From IMG/VR virus record IMGVR_UViG_2706795396_000001, positions 10,807 to 74,806 of that record: DNA of 64,000 bases, one strand, 5' to 3'. A model generated the notes under the pieces. It ran no database searches. It had not been told where the DNA came from and was given only the letters and a program-made list of their open reading frames with translations. The position numbers and the translations under genes were made by a program. The DNA is from a virus. Its lineage: Duplodnaviria; Caudoviricetes. Shown in pieces: positions 29,026 to 39,405 of this stretch. The first letter of the stretch is position 1. Every line of letters starts with the position of its first letter.

Positions 29026-32000
29026 CTATCTCTTTTGAAGGCTGACGTTATACCCTTGATTTACAACCTTCAAAACGCTGGTTGCGTCTTTTACTTTTTT
29101 CACACAAAATTCAGTACCATTTCTCGTCCCCAGCATAACCAAATTCGTGCCACGGGCTAACCAAGAGTCATCTTTCGTATCACCATTCTTAACCACTTGA
29201 TTAAGCTTAGAGAACAATCTGTCTCCTAGTTTGCAGATCGCAACACCAGAAGTCGTCAACAAAGTGATTGTTTTCTTTACATTGTTCTTATCTACAATCG
29301 TACCAGCAATTTCATATGTTTGATAAATAGGGAACTTATTTTTTCCGACAAAAGCCTTGATTTGAGGTGTTGCTGGTAGATCATCAAAACCTCTGATGTC
29401 AAACATGGTTTTCAAATTGGTCTTAATTAAGAAATGGTCAGTAGGATAATAATTTAAGGTTTCGAAGAACCAATTTTCCACAGTCCCTAAACAATTTTGC
29501 TTCCAAAATTCATTCCGTCTAACTCTAACCTCAACTTCAAGTGCTTCTTCAGTCTTGAGCCAATCTTTCAAAGGCTTAATTTCTTGGTTGAACCATTTAT
29601 TAAACATCTTCTGGTCCACAACAATTTGTCCGTCTTCCAAATCGTAATCAAGCGGCACATTATCAACAAAGAAACTACCTAGCACAGAATCAACTTTCAA
29701 GCCGTTCTTCAAAGCCTTTTTGATTTGATAAAGCTTGACGTATTTTTGATATTGTTCTGGTACATAATCACCTATTTTGTTTAAACTTGTAGTCGTTAGT
29801 TTTTCTTTGCGAGGAATGGCGTATTTTACATAGGCAATCATGTTCTGTCTGGTGTCTTCGCAGAATGATCTAAACATACCACTCTTAATTAATTGAACCA
29901 TTTTCTTTTGCGAGATAACGTCTGTGTTAGCTTCTACAAAGGATTTAAAACTGCTGTATGGTCGATTATCAATAATGGTTTGAATCTCCTTGCTAGAAAC
30001 ACTAGATAATGCGAATAGTCCAAATAAAATGCGATTTTTATCGATAGTAAATTTAAGGTCAGAGTGATTTACATCTGGTGGCAACACGGTGCCCTTGGGT
30101 AGATTGGAAATTGCCTTTGCGATCTTGCCGTAATCCACATTTTTCTGTTCTTTGCCACTTAACCCGCTGTCAACGTTTAAGCAAGCGGTTTGCCAGTAGA
30201 TCGAGCCATAAAACTCGCAAATGTTCATTTCACAGACGAGGATATAAACATAGCTCAAACCGTGAACATCGCTAAACGCATAACCCTTCTGGATTTCAAC
30301 ACAATATTTCCAGACGTAATCAAGAAATTCTTTTCGTCTACCCAAAGCCAAGCCTTTTTCCATAAAGTGTTGGTGTTGAATTTCTTGTAACTTAGGATTC
30401 TTCTTAGCAATAGCCTTTCTGATCTTGTTAGCTTCGTTCAAATTAAACCCAGCAATCTTCATAGACAACAGCATAAGTTTTTCTTGCGACAAACAAATAC
30501 CATTATAGTCATCAAGCAATTCATGCAAGATCTTGCGCTCTTCTGAAGCCAGACCGTTCTCAATCATTTCATTTTCCCACTCTTGGTGGTTATCTCTGAA
30601 TCTTACATATTTCTGCAAAGGTTGTTCAGTAGAATCTGATCTCAGTCTGATTAAGGCTGACGCAGAAACCAAGTCGTTAACGTTTCTGGCGTTGACCTGC
30701 CTTAAACCCTTTTCCCCCTGCACGGCGCTGAACTGGAAGGCCTCGATCACTTCACCTTTGAACAACTTGTCATACATATCTTGATTTGAATCATCTAGAT
30801 TGTCAACAGAGAAGTATTTATTAAATGTCGTTCTAAAGTCCTTTTGTTTTTGAATCAAACCGTCCTTCATCAGTAGGTCAAAGGCTTCGTGAATCCTATC
30901 CAAAGAAGAGATAGTTAAGAAGTCGAACTTGATTGCGCTCATCAACTCACTGTCTTCTGCGTCAAACTGAGTAACGACAATACCATCTTTGGTGGTCATT
31001 GAAGCGTTATATTCGACGTAAGGTGTGTTGAACACAGCTAAAGCGCTAGCATGTTCAGATCTACCAATTACCAAACCTTTTAATTCCAGTACCGTTTCTT
31101 TCAGATTTTTGTACTTATCAAACTCTGCGTTAAGTTTTTCGTTAGGTTTGATACCTTTCTTCTCATTGCCTAGCAGAGCTTCTTCAATATCTAATTCCTT
31201 ACCTTCATCATCTCTTGGAATTAAACTGATTAAGTAATTGCCCAGGTCTTTATCCAAACCTAATCCACGACAAGCATAAAGAACGGAATTACGTGATGCT
31301 AAAGTGGAAAATGTGCAAAAGTTTAAAACCTTATCTTTACCAAACCGTTTCTTAACATTGTCAACGATAATTTGACGTTTATTCGATTCTGTGTCAATGT
31401 CGATGTCAGGGTAGTTAGAAGCCGTGTTCTCTTGCACTCTTTCCTTTGATAAGAAACGGTAGTAAGGGAAATTAAATCTCACAGCATCTACTTGAACAAT
31501 ATTTAGTAAGTAATTAGTCACCCAACAACCAGCAGAGCCTCGACCATAACCTACGATCGAACCAGACTCCCACATAGTATCAACAAATTCTCTAGCGGCC
31601 AAGAAGTAAGAACTCATTGGTTGATTTAGAGTCTGTGAAATTGCCCATAACTCGTTAAGCTCCAGATTAACACGCTCTAAATATTTTTCGTTGTAGCATT
31701 TGTGTTCTTTCATACCGTCAAAGATCAATTTTACATAGTATTGATCTTCAATGCTATCTGAGTGAAGGTAACGAGCAATACCATCATATTTTTGTTCATC
31801 AACAATCAAACCACTTTGCAACAAAGGTGTAAATTCAGGAATATGAGACTTAGGAATAATAGGCGTGTGGTCGAAAGTGTAGTTCTCACATTGCTCTACA
31901 ATATCATTGATATTCTTTAAAGCTACATCAAAGCGCTCTTTATCAAAGTATTTTGACAACTCTTCCTTACTCATTAATCTTGCAGTATCATAACCTTCCA

Positions 32001-32763
32001 AAGGTCTGTCCGCTTGTCTTGAACGAAGCAGAGCACTGTGCGCTGGTCTTTGTTCATTATTAATGTAGTGGGCGTCTAGAGTAACAATATAACGTAGACC
32101 AAGTTTATTAGCAAAGTACCAGGCTGCTTCGTTAATAATATATTGCTCTTCAGAATGGCTAGGCATCGCTTCGATGCAAACATTCTCTTTACCGAATACT
32201 CTAACGGCCCACTCAAAGAACTTGATAATGTTATCTACATATTTCTTATCTCTGGTTTCATGATACTTCAGAGCATTTTGAGCAAAAACACCAGAGATGC
32301 AAGCAGTTGAGAAGATAACGTCCCCCTTATAGCCCTTCATAAGTTCTTCGATTTCACCGTAAAAAGACGGGACACGCTCCTGCCCTCTATAAGAATGTCT
32401 GTGAGACCATGCTAAAGTACTTTGCTTTTGTAAAAATTTATGGCCATGCTTATTCTTAACGAGAAATAAGCAGTGATTGAACTTGAATTTCTCTTTATTT
32501 TCCTCTGCTGTCTTCATTTCTTCTTCTGAGACGAGATAGCTTTCGTTACCTAAGATTATTTTGAAGTCCTTAAGCTTGTCTTTATTGGCTTGCAAATAGT
32601 TAGTAGCCTTAACGTGGCCACTTAAAGCCTCGTGATCTGTTATAGCAACAGCTGAGTACCCAAGTTCATAAGCACTATCGATCATCTCGTCAACTTTAAT
32701 GACAGAATCTAGGAAACGGAGATTAGAATATTCCGAATGACCGTGTAAGTTTGCAAATCTCAT
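29026..32763 (-). CDS. dnaE: DNA polymerase III alpha subunit (PHP + C-family polymerase)
   Basis: HGHSEYS.L…A+TDH PHP motifs, GRGSAG, PDIDID, SEHASA..V, FDFL and C-terminal OB fold. Confidence 0.95.
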   Translation of the reverse strand: MRFANLHGHSEYSNLRFLDSVIKVDEMIDSAYELGYSAVAITDHEALSGHVKATNYLQANKDKLKDFKIILGNESYLVSEEEMKTAEENKEKFKFNHCLFLVKNKHGHKFLQKQSTLAWSHRHSYRGQERVPSFYGEIEELMKGYKGDVIFSTACISGVFAQNALKYHETRDKKYVDNIIKFFEWAVRVFGKENVCIEAMPSHSEEQYIINEAAWYFANKLGLRYIVTLDAHYINNEQRPAHSALLRSRQADRPLEGYDTARLMSKEELSKYFDKERFDVALKNINDIVEQCENYTFDHTPIIPKSHIPEFTPLLQSGLIVDEQKYDGIARYLHSDSIEDQYYVKLIFDGMKEHKCYNEKYLERVNLELNELWAISQTLNQPMSSYFLAAREFVDTMWESGSIVGYGRGSAGCWVTNYLLNIVQVDAVRFNFPYYRFLSKERVQENTASNYPDIDIDTESNKRQIIVDNVKKRFGKDKVLNFCTFSTLASRNSVLYACRGLGLDKDLGNYLISLIPRDDEGKELDIEEALLGNEKKGIKPNEKLNAEFDKYKNLKETVLELKGLVIGRSEHASALAVFNTPYVEYNASMTTKDGIVVTQFDAEDSELMSAIKFDFLTISSLDRIHEAFDLLMKDGLIQKQKDFRTTFNKYFSVDNLDDSNQDMYDKLFKGEVIEAFQFSAVQGEKGLRQVNARNVNDLVSASALIRLRSDSTEQPLQKYVRFRDNHQEWENEMIENGLASEERKILHELLDDYNGICLSQEKLMLLSMKIAGFNLNEANKIRKAIAKKNPKLQEIQHQHFMEKGLALGRRKEFLDYVWKYCVEIQKGYAFSDVHGLSYVYILVCEMNICEFYGSIYWQTACLNVDSGLSGKEQKNVDYGKIAKAISNLPKGTVLPPDVNHSDLKFTIDKNRILFGLFALSSVSSKEIQTIIDNRPYSSFKSFVEANTDVISQKKMVQLIKSGMFRSFCEDTRQNMIAYVKYAIPRKEKLTTTSLNKIGDYVPEQYQKYVKLYQIKKALKNGLKVDSVLGSFFVDNVPLDYDLEDGQIVVDQKMFNKWFNQEIKPLKDWLKTEEALEVEVRVRRNEFWKQNCLGTVENWFFETLNYYPTDHFLIKTNLKTMFDIRGFDDLPATPQIKAFVGKNKFPIYQTYEIAGTIVDKNNVKKTITLLTTSGVAICKLGDRLFSKLNQVVKNGDTKDDSWLARGTNLVMLGTRNGTEFCVKKVKDATSVLKVVNQGYNVSLQKR

Positions 32764-32802
32764 TTGTACCTTGTTTTATCCTCCTTTTAATTTCATGACT
32801 AT

Positions 32803-32830
32803 ATTATAACACAAAAAACCCAAAAGACAA
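32803..32830 (-). promoter_or_regulatory. Sigma-A-like promoter for dnaE overlapping an upstream terminator hairpin
   Basis: TTGTCT-16-TATAAT with TG extension; the -35 lies inside the CCCAAAAGAC/GTCTTTTTGGG hairpin. Confidence 0.6.
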
Positions 32831-32914
32831 CATTTTTTCTGAAGTCTTTTGGGCTTTTTCTATGGTTTATTTCTAATTTCTGAATTACTTAAATTTGAAA
32901 GACGTTTGTTCATT

Positions 32915-33112
32915 TTAATTTTCTTTTGCGCTCTCCAATAATTGATCTAGAATTTCAAATGAAAGAGCTCTTTCGGACTTAATAACCTCCTTTTCTTCTT
33001 GAGAAAAATCTTCTTCTTGTTCAATTTTCTTCAAGTCATCAAGCATTAGTTGCTTGTAGGTCTGAACAAATTCTTCCAGGTTAGGCTTATTGTTAGCAAA
33101 AAACTTTAACAT
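32915..33112 (-). CDS. Hypothetical protein
   Basis: 65-aa acidic ORF with a GAAAAGGA RBS. Confidence 0.6.
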   Translation of the reverse strand: MLKFFANNKPNLEEFVQTYKQLMLDDLKKIEQEEDFSQEEKEVIKSERALSFEILDQLLESAKEN

Positions 33113-33208
33113 ATTTGTCCTTTCTTATTTTGGTACTAAACTACTCTCATTGCATAAGATTAGCTTAAATTTTTATTGTTTGTACATAAGATCTAACATC
33201 TTGTCCGC

Positions 33209-33871
33209 TTATTCTAATTTTAATTCGCCACCTATCAAATTTTCAACTTTACTAGCCACCTCATCACCAAACTTGGCTATTACTTTTTCGATTGTGTGTT
33301 TATTTACACGACAAAACCAGTAACCATGAGTTTTGTTTAGTTTACCATTGACAACATCACTAATTCTTCCTTGGTTAGCACCGAGTTGATATGCCGCATC
33401 ATTTTGTGACTCAAACCAGAAGACTTTAAAAGATTCTAAATTAATTGCTATTACAGGTTTTCTTAATACTTTAGAAAACTCTTTGGCTGGTATTCCATAT
33501 TTTTCACGATACTCTGTATTATACTCATGTGTGCACCATTCAAGATTACTTACAATGTTATTTTTAGGGTTGTTATCAATATGATTTACCTCCGGTAAAT
33601 CGTTTGGGTTGGGAATAAAACAAGTAGCTACTGCACGATGAACGTATAGGTGAAATTGCTTACCATTCACATTGACATTCACGAACAGATAACCACGCCC
33701 ACGTCTATTGTCATATTGTTTTAAAACTCTGCCTTTAATATGATATTTATACCCACCTTTACCCCTCACAATCCTGTCTTTTGTTCTAATCTCACCGAAT
33801 TGATTTACTTCTATGAAAGGATATTCTGGATATGTCTTCCAAACAACAGCTTGCTTTTCTATATTCTTCAT
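33209..33871 (-). CDS. NUMOD4-HNH-NUMOD1 endonuclease (copy 3)
   Basis: Same motif set as copy 1. Confidence 0.92.
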   Translation of the reverse strand: MKNIEKQAVVWKTYPEYPFIEVNQFGEIRTKDRIVRGKGGYKYHIKGRVLKQYDNRRGRGYLFVNVNVNGKQFHLYVHRAVATCFIPNPNDLPEVNHIDNNPKNNIVSNLEWCTHEYNTEYREKYGIPAKEFSKVLRKPVIAINLESFKVFWFESQNDAAYQLGANQGRISDVVNGKLNKTHGYWFCRVNKHTIEKVIAKFGDEVASKVENLIGGELKLE

Positions 33872-33968
33872 ACTTTTTATATTTCACCTTTCACGATAGC
33901 TGTTCTCCACGTTTTTTAGTAAGTGTGTTTTTACTAGTTAATAAATATCTTGTATACTTTTTGAAATT

Positions 33969-34634
33969 TTACTCTCCGTCATCTTCTTCACAATACGATA
34001 AAAGAGATCTAAACCTTACAAATAATTCGCAATCATTGGGCATTTCAAGGAGATTTGGTATCTTTTCAATTTCACGAAGAAGTTCTCGTTGCTTCTTACG
34101 ATCTTCTTCAGACGCATAGTCAGGCTGTCCAGGAAGACGCTCTGGCTTTCTGCGGGCACTACTCGTACCTAAACTGACTGTACCACTCTTTTTAAGTCGA
34201 GCGATTTCGTTTTTGCTATATGTCTTCTCCTTATGAAACCAATTATATTCCTTACCAAACTGCTTGATAACAATCAAGTCTGTTCCGTGACCGACAAAAA
34301 CATTAAAGCCACTATTTAAGTGAACGTACAGCTTAGCATTGTGGTCATTAAGGTATTCGTGAGAAACCTTCTTAATACTATCATACACCTTTACTTCGCT
34401 ATTATCAACAAGCACAATAGGATAAGTAACAATATTTATTCTATAATGCTTTCCTAAGTGGTTAAAGCTCCCTTTTTTTATATACTTGTATGACATTCTT
34501 TCGGTTACACCGAAGTAATGGGCGATGTCTTTCTTATTAACAAATTCTTCAACTACCTTGTCTTCGTCATCAATGATTTGATAAACTTGATACGTACACC
34601 CAATCTTATTAGTTGTCGTTTTCATGTTGGTCAT
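33969..34634 (-). CDS. Hypothetical protein with HTH/NUMOD1-like segments
   Basis: EEFVNKKDIAHYFGVT and KVYDSIKKV segments; AGGAG RBS. Confidence 0.55.
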   Translation of the reverse strand: MTNMKTTTNKIGCTYQVYQIIDDEDKVVEEFVNKKDIAHYFGVTERMSYKYIKKGSFNHLGKHYRINIVTYPIVLVDNSEVKVYDSIKKVSHEYLNDHNAKLYVHLNSGFNVFVGHGTDLIVIKQFGKEYNWFHKEKTYSKNEIARLKKSGTVSLGTSSARRKPERLPGQPDYASEEDRKKQRELLREIEKIPNLLEMPNDCELFVRFRSLLSYCEEDDGE

Positions 34635-35277
34635 TCTCCTTAATTACATTGAAGCAAGTTCTGCAGAGTGGAACATATTTAATTGCTTCATCGTTGTCGA
34701 TCATGATTTGTGACGATTCACCGTTGCTGAGCTTACCACGATAGAATCTGGCATTGAAGATAGCCGGTCTTTCCTTACACCTTCTGCATTCCGTTTCGAT
34801 ACTGAAAGAATCATCCGCTACTTCAAACAGTCGCTTAGAACCTTCGAATAAATTACCTTCAAAATCTGTTCTCAAACCATAGCACTTAACAACAACACTT
34901 TCGTACTCTGCTAAAATTGAAAGTTGGTCAACTTGTTGTGCGGTCAAGAACTGAGCTTCGTCAACGAGCAATACGGCTCTTGGCTTGTCAACATTTTGAT
35001 CGTGAATTTCTCTACCGCTCTTTGTTAGTTCAATTACCCAGCCACGCTTTGCCAGCTCAATAAAGAACTTATTGAACAAGTTGGTTGTGTTCTTGTAAAG
35101 TGAAGCCTGTATGTCTTCCAGTTTTGCGTTTCTTGAGGTTACGTACCCCTTGCGACGGTCATCCAGGTCACTATTCCAGACCAAGACGTGTTCACCCATA
35201 TCCTTGAGGAGGTTGTAATTTTCAATTAAAACTTGTGACTTACCAGCGCTCATTGCACCATATTCAAAAAGTAACAC
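34609..35277 (-). CDS. tdk: Thymidine kinase
   Basis: YGAMSAGKS, +LVDEAQFL, YGLRTDF.G.LFEGS, zinc cysteines CRRC/CRTC; GTG start after GAAAGGA. Confidence 0.95.
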   Translation of the reverse strand: MLLFEYGAMSAGKSQVLIENYNLLKDMGEHVLVWNSDLDDRRKGYVTSRNAKLEDIQASLYKNTTNLFNKFFIELAKRGWVIELTKSGREIHDQNVDKPRAVLLVDEAQFLTAQQVDQLSILAEYESVVVKCYGLRTDFEGNLFEGSKRLFEVADDSFSIETECRRCKERPAIFNARFYRGKLSNGESSQIMIDNDEAIKYVPLCRTCFNVIKENDQHENDN

Positions 35278-35328
35278 TGTTTGCTTTGTCCTTTCGTTTA
35301 ACTTTTGGTTGATTTCCTTTACAGTTAT

Positions 35329-35357
35329 TATAATAACACGTTTACGGCAGAAGTCAA
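35329..35357 (-). promoter_or_regulatory. Sigma-A-like promoter upstream of tdk
   Basis: TTGACT followed by overlapping TATTAT/TATAAT at 16-19 nt. Confidence 0.55.
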
Positions 35358-35411
35358 CACAAAAAAGCAAAAAAAGCGAAAGTTTTTTCAAACTCTCGCT
35401 TCCTTATTTTT

Positions 35412-36068
35412 TTAGTAATTAGTTTCAGACCAAGCTCCTAGACCTTGTTTCTCAAAAAGTGAAATTGCTCCTTCGATTTGTTCGTCTACAGAGCCCCCAT
35501 TTCCTTTATATCCAGGAGCCAATTGGAACAAACCGTAGTGGCCTGAAGAATTAGTTACAGTTGTATTCCAGTTAGACTCACGCTGGATAATCTTGGCCCA
35601 GGTACTTGCGCTTACTCCCGTGGCGTCAGCCATCTTTGAAGTAACGTAAGATTGTAAATCACTACCATTAGCAGAATTGGGGGTAGTCTTTGCGGGAACG
35701 GTATTATTATTTGCTTGACTCGTTGCATTTTGTCGCTGTTGTGTTTGTTGTGGTTGTTGCGCTGGCGCTTGATAAGTCGCCTTACTTAACTTAATCTTCT
35801 TGACCTTCTTAGGTAGGTGTAACTTGTCACCGACAAAGATAAGGTTTCGATCTGAAATATTATTGGCTTGAACAATAGTTTCGATTGCCGCTAAAGAGCT
35901 AGTGTGATACTTCTTCTTAGCAATACTTGAAATAGTGTCCCCGCTCTTTACGGTATAGGTTGAAGCTTGCGCCTGTTGAGTAGCCAGTAAGCTAGCTCCT
36001 ACAAATGCACCAGCAGCAACGATAAACTTCTTACCAATCTTGTTTGAGTTAATAATATTTGAATTCAA
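35412..36068 (-). CDS. Secreted LysM + lytic transglycosylase-like protein (aggregation-promoting-factor-like)
   Basis: Signal peptide ending AQA; LysM YTVKSGDT; Q-rich linker; W..II.RES.W…GLFQL…Q…GL.AW. Confidence 0.8.
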   Translation of the reverse strand: MNSNIINSNKIGKKFIVAAGAFVGASLLATQQAQASTYTVKSGDTISSIAKKKYHTSSLAAIETIVQANNISDRNLIFVGDKLHLPKKVKKIKLSKATYQAPAQQPQQTQQRQNATSQANNNTVPAKTTPNSANGSDLQSYVTSKMADATGVSASTWAKIIQRESNWNTTVTNSSGHYGLFQLAPGYKGNGGSVDEQIEGAISLFEKQGLGAWSETNY

Positions 36069-36152
36069 AAATCTTTCTCCTTTTTGCTTATATTAATCTA
36101 TTTTGTCTCTATGGATTACACACTGTCTAAAAGCAGTATTTTCTGGGAACAA

Positions 36153-36335
36153 TCAAAATCTATCATCCTCTCCAACATGTCTTTCAAGTACGTGAACTTG
36201 ATCCATGATATATTCCTGAGCACATTCCATACTACAAAAGTCGTGGTCGTCCCATACATAGTATGGTTCACCAAGCGTGGCTACATAGCCACATTGATAA
36301 CACTTTACTGTTAACACGGGATACCCCCTATACAC
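36153..36335 (-). CDS. Small Zn-finger protein
   Basis: CYQC…FCSMEC; no strong RBS seen. Confidence 0.5.
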   Translation of the reverse strand: MYRGYPVLTVKCYQCGYVATLGEPYYVWDDHDFCSMECAQEYIMDQVHVLERHVGEDDRF

Positions 36336-36462
36336 ATTTTTTGACTTTTATTTTTTAACATACTGTATATTATAACATAAGTCAGTTACGACCAGGTAAC
36401 AGTTCTTTTACAGTTCTGTTACAATTTTGATGAATGTTGCTTGTTATTCTTACAATCTTTAT

Positions 36463-37092
36463 TTAATTATAGTTATTGTTAATCAATTCTTCAACTTTGT
36501 CAGCAACATCATCTCCGAACTTAACTCTTGTCTTTTCTACAGTTTTCTCTTCCGCATCGCAAAACCAATAGCCGCCAGTCTTGTTATAACGTCCTTTGAT
36601 AACGTTGCTAATGTTTTTCACATAAACATCTAGTTGACGAGCAGCTTCACTATGCGACTCGAACCACAGAACTTCTCCAGTTTTAGGATTGACTGCAATC
36701 ACAGGACGGTTACATGCCTTTCCGTGTTTTTCTCTGTAGGAAATATTATATTCTCTAGTACACCACTCGAGATTACTTACGAAATTATTAGCCGGGTCGT
36801 TATCTTTATGATTAATTTCTGGCAAGTTATCTGGGTTGGGGAGGAACGAAGTAGCAACTGCACGGTGAACTAATAGGGTGACTTGCTTACCATTAACTTG
36901 AAGATGTACTCGCATGTACCCATTTCGGTCACAGCGTTGCTTCAAAATACGCCCCTTGATATGATATTTCTTCCCATTTCTATCCGTTGCAATCCTATCT
37001 ACAGTTCTAACTCTCCCTAAATTGCTTACCTCAATGAAGGGATAATCTGGGTAAGTTTTCCAAATTTCCTGCTCTTTTTCTATATCAATCAT
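36463..37092 (-). CDS. NUMOD4-HNH-NUMOD1 endonuclease (copy 4)
   Basis: Same motif set; AAAGGAG RBS upstream. Confidence 0.92.
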   Translation of the reverse strand: MIDIEKEQEIWKTYPDYPFIEVSNLGRVRTVDRIATDRNGKKYHIKGRILKQRCDRNGYMRVHLQVNGKQVTLLVHRAVATSFLPNPDNLPEINHKDNDPANNFVSNLEWCTREYNISYREKHGKACNRPVIAVNPKTGEVLWFESHSEAARQLDVYVKNISNVIKGRYNKTGGYWFCDAEEKTVEKTRVKFGDDVADKVEELINNNYN

Positions 37093-37222
37093 ACCACTAT
37101 GTTTTTCTCCTTTCTAAAAACTTATAGCGTGTTTACTTCAGTTTATTATATTACACATTATACTGAAAGACTGTTCCATCAATTTTACATGAATGTTAAA
37201 GTCATGTTACATTTCAACATAT

Positions 37223-37549
37223 CTATTTAAAACAAAAGAAATAGTCAAACATGGCAATTAGAATCTCGTTCACTTCTTCTGGATTCAACCTATCAAGATA
37301 CCTCCCCAACGTAGAAATTGGCACTGTCTGCGGTTGATCTAAAAGAACTTGGTTACGTTTACCCTTCACTACAATATTGTCTCTGTTTGCGATTATCTTG
37401 ATCTTGCTGGTAACGGGCAACACGGTGACATAACCCCTGCTGTTCCGAGAAGATATTACCAAATAAGGCCTGCTACCCTTTTGAATATGACATTTAACAA
37501 AAGGTTGATTTGACCAGTAAATTTCTCCTTGTTGAATTTCTCTTTGCAT
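37223..37549 (-). CDS. mazF: MazF/PemK-family endoribonuclease
   Basis: GEIYW…Q.G.RPYLVIS…V.V+PVTS…LLDQP.TV…L.R….L; 108 aa. Confidence 0.75.
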   Translation of the reverse strand: MQREIQQGEIYWSNQPFVKCHIQKGSRPYLVISSRNSRGYVTVLPVTSKIKIIANRDNIVVKGKRNQVLLDQPQTVPISTLGRYLDRLNPEEVNEILIAMFDYFFCFK

Positions 37550-39405
37550 TAGAACCAGTCTCCTTCAAAATTAAATGTTTGTGTATCATCGTCTTCGTAG
37601 ATAGGTTGGGAAAATCTAATTTCATCAACCACTAGCTGATTGCTTGTCCTACCATAGAACTTATTCGTACTAGGTTTACCGACAATATCAACATAACAGT
37701 TAAATCTGTTGAAGTTGTTATCAATATCTAAATCAGAATTAAATTGAACTATTTCAATATCATCAACAATAATTTTTAAAGTTCCATTCTTGGTGTTGAC
37801 CTGGGCCTTACTAATATCCAACCCTAACACACCAACCACTGGCTCGTCGTTTACACCGCTCCAGACTTGCTTGAAGTCTGAAACTATTTGACACTCATCA
37901 ACCGTTGGTAAATCGTTAATGTACACCTTGTCAACTGGATAAACATACTCATCATCATTAGCTAAATCACTAGATCTAAATTCTGAGATAAAGTCGTCAA
38001 TATCATTAATGCCAACACCAAACGCTTGTTCGTGTCCAAGCGCATACTTAACAGAACCAAAGTCTGAAAGAACGTCTTTCAAATTACCGTAGTTTCTAGG
38101 TGATCTGGCAGAGCCACGTAAATCAGAGCTAATAACTAGAGCCGGCAAGTGATACTTACCTTGAATCTTGTTAGCAATTAAGCCTGCAATACCCGTATCA
38201 TACTTGTCTGGTAAAGTCTTAACAATGACTGAATCAATCTTTTCATCATCATCAGACATTTCATTAACTGCCTTTCTAACTATTGAGTCTTGAGTTCTCT
38301 TCACTCTCTGCAACATATCTACAGCATATTCATAGATATTCTGTCGTTCGCTTCTCAACTCAAAGTGTCCAGTGCTTCTATTCTTTCGCTTCTTAGTTAC
38401 TAAAAACTCCTGGTCTTGATTAGTTAATGCTTGAATAAGAACTTCTCTATCTTCTTTCTTACCAACTCTAGAAACGGAGTTAATCATAGGAACGAAAGAG
38501 AACTGAACATCTTTAATGCAACTTAAAGTTTTCTCTTTAGCAAATTGTTTAAGTAAATTGTTATACAAGTTGTTAAGCCCAGTCATAACAATAATATGCA
38601 AGTCTTCTTCTCTAGTATCTGAAACGTCTGAAATCTGACCAATAGCAACCAAGTCAAGATATAAGTTAGCGTTTATGTGATTATTTTCTACTAGCTCTTG
38701 GTAGTTTCTTGTAAGTAGTTCATCAAGTCTCTTACAAAACAACCAACTCATACCTACACCAGTAAATTCACGAGTGATTTTTTGGTTAATACTTAACTGG
38801 TCAGAAACAACTTTGAAGAACTTTTGATATTTCTTATTAAATACAAAGCTCTCAATATCGTTTTCTAGGATGTGATGGTCAATTACATAAGACACAATAC
38901 CATAATTTTCATGCAGGGTTGTAATTGTGTCTAAATCGTTAACACTACTATCTGGCAGAATCAAAGCATCAAACTTGCCCCATGAATTAGAAAACATATG
39001 GTTCTTGTAGAATATATCAATACCATGTTCCTTTGATAAAGGTAAAAGAGTTTTGAGATGCTTAACACCTAGCTTGTCATGCAGGTAATTGTACATTAAA
39101 GCACCAGATGTAAAACCATCCCCGTCTGGGTCAACCAAAATAGCAATATTGATATTATCTTTACCGACCGTCTTAATCTGTTCAAGCAAGTCTCTGGCCC
39201 AGTCGTGCTTCTCATTCAGACCAAAGACATTACTGATGTCAAAATCTCTACAAAAATCTAAATCACCGTTTTGCAGCTCAGGTAGTTTATCTAAGTTAAT
39301 TTTTCTGTTCTTTAGAGCATTACCAACAAGATCATTACCGTCTACCCCAATTCTCATTTTTAGGTGATTACCTTGTGTCAATTCGTCAAGTTTTAGTTGT
39401 TTCAT
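37549..39405 (-). CDS. recJ: RecJ-like single-stranded DNA exonuclease (DHH family)
   Basis: D.D.DG.TSG, DHH, DL+AIG.I+D, GS.RS and GH..AFG motifs. Confidence 0.88.
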   Translation of the reverse strand: MKQLKLDELTQGNHLKMRIGVDGNDLVGNALKNRKINLDKLPELQNGDLDFCRDFDISNVFGLNEKHDWARDLLEQIKTVGKDNINIAILVDPDGDGFTSGALMYNYLHDKLGVKHLKTLLPLSKEHGIDIFYKNHMFSNSWGKFDALILPDSSVNDLDTITTLHENYGIVSYVIDHHILENDIESFVFNKKYQKFFKVVSDQLSINQKITREFTGVGMSWLFCKRLDELLTRNYQELVENNHINANLYLDLVAIGQISDVSDTREEDLHIIVMTGLNNLYNNLLKQFAKEKTLSCIKDVQFSFVPMINSVSRVGKKEDREVLIQALTNQDQEFLVTKKRKNRSTGHFELRSERQNIYEYAVDMLQRVKRTQDSIVRKAVNEMSDDDEKIDSVIVKTLPDKYDTGIAGLIANKIQGKYHLPALVISSDLRGSARSPRNYGNLKDVLSDFGSVKYALGHEQAFGVGINDIDDFISEFRSSDLANDDEYVYPVDKVYINDLPTVDECQIVSDFKQVWSGVNDEPVVGVLGLDISKAQVNTKNGTLKIIVDDIEIVQFNSDLDIDNNFNRFNCYVDIVGKPSTNKFYGRTSNQLVVDEIRFSQPIYEDDDTQTFNFEGDWF

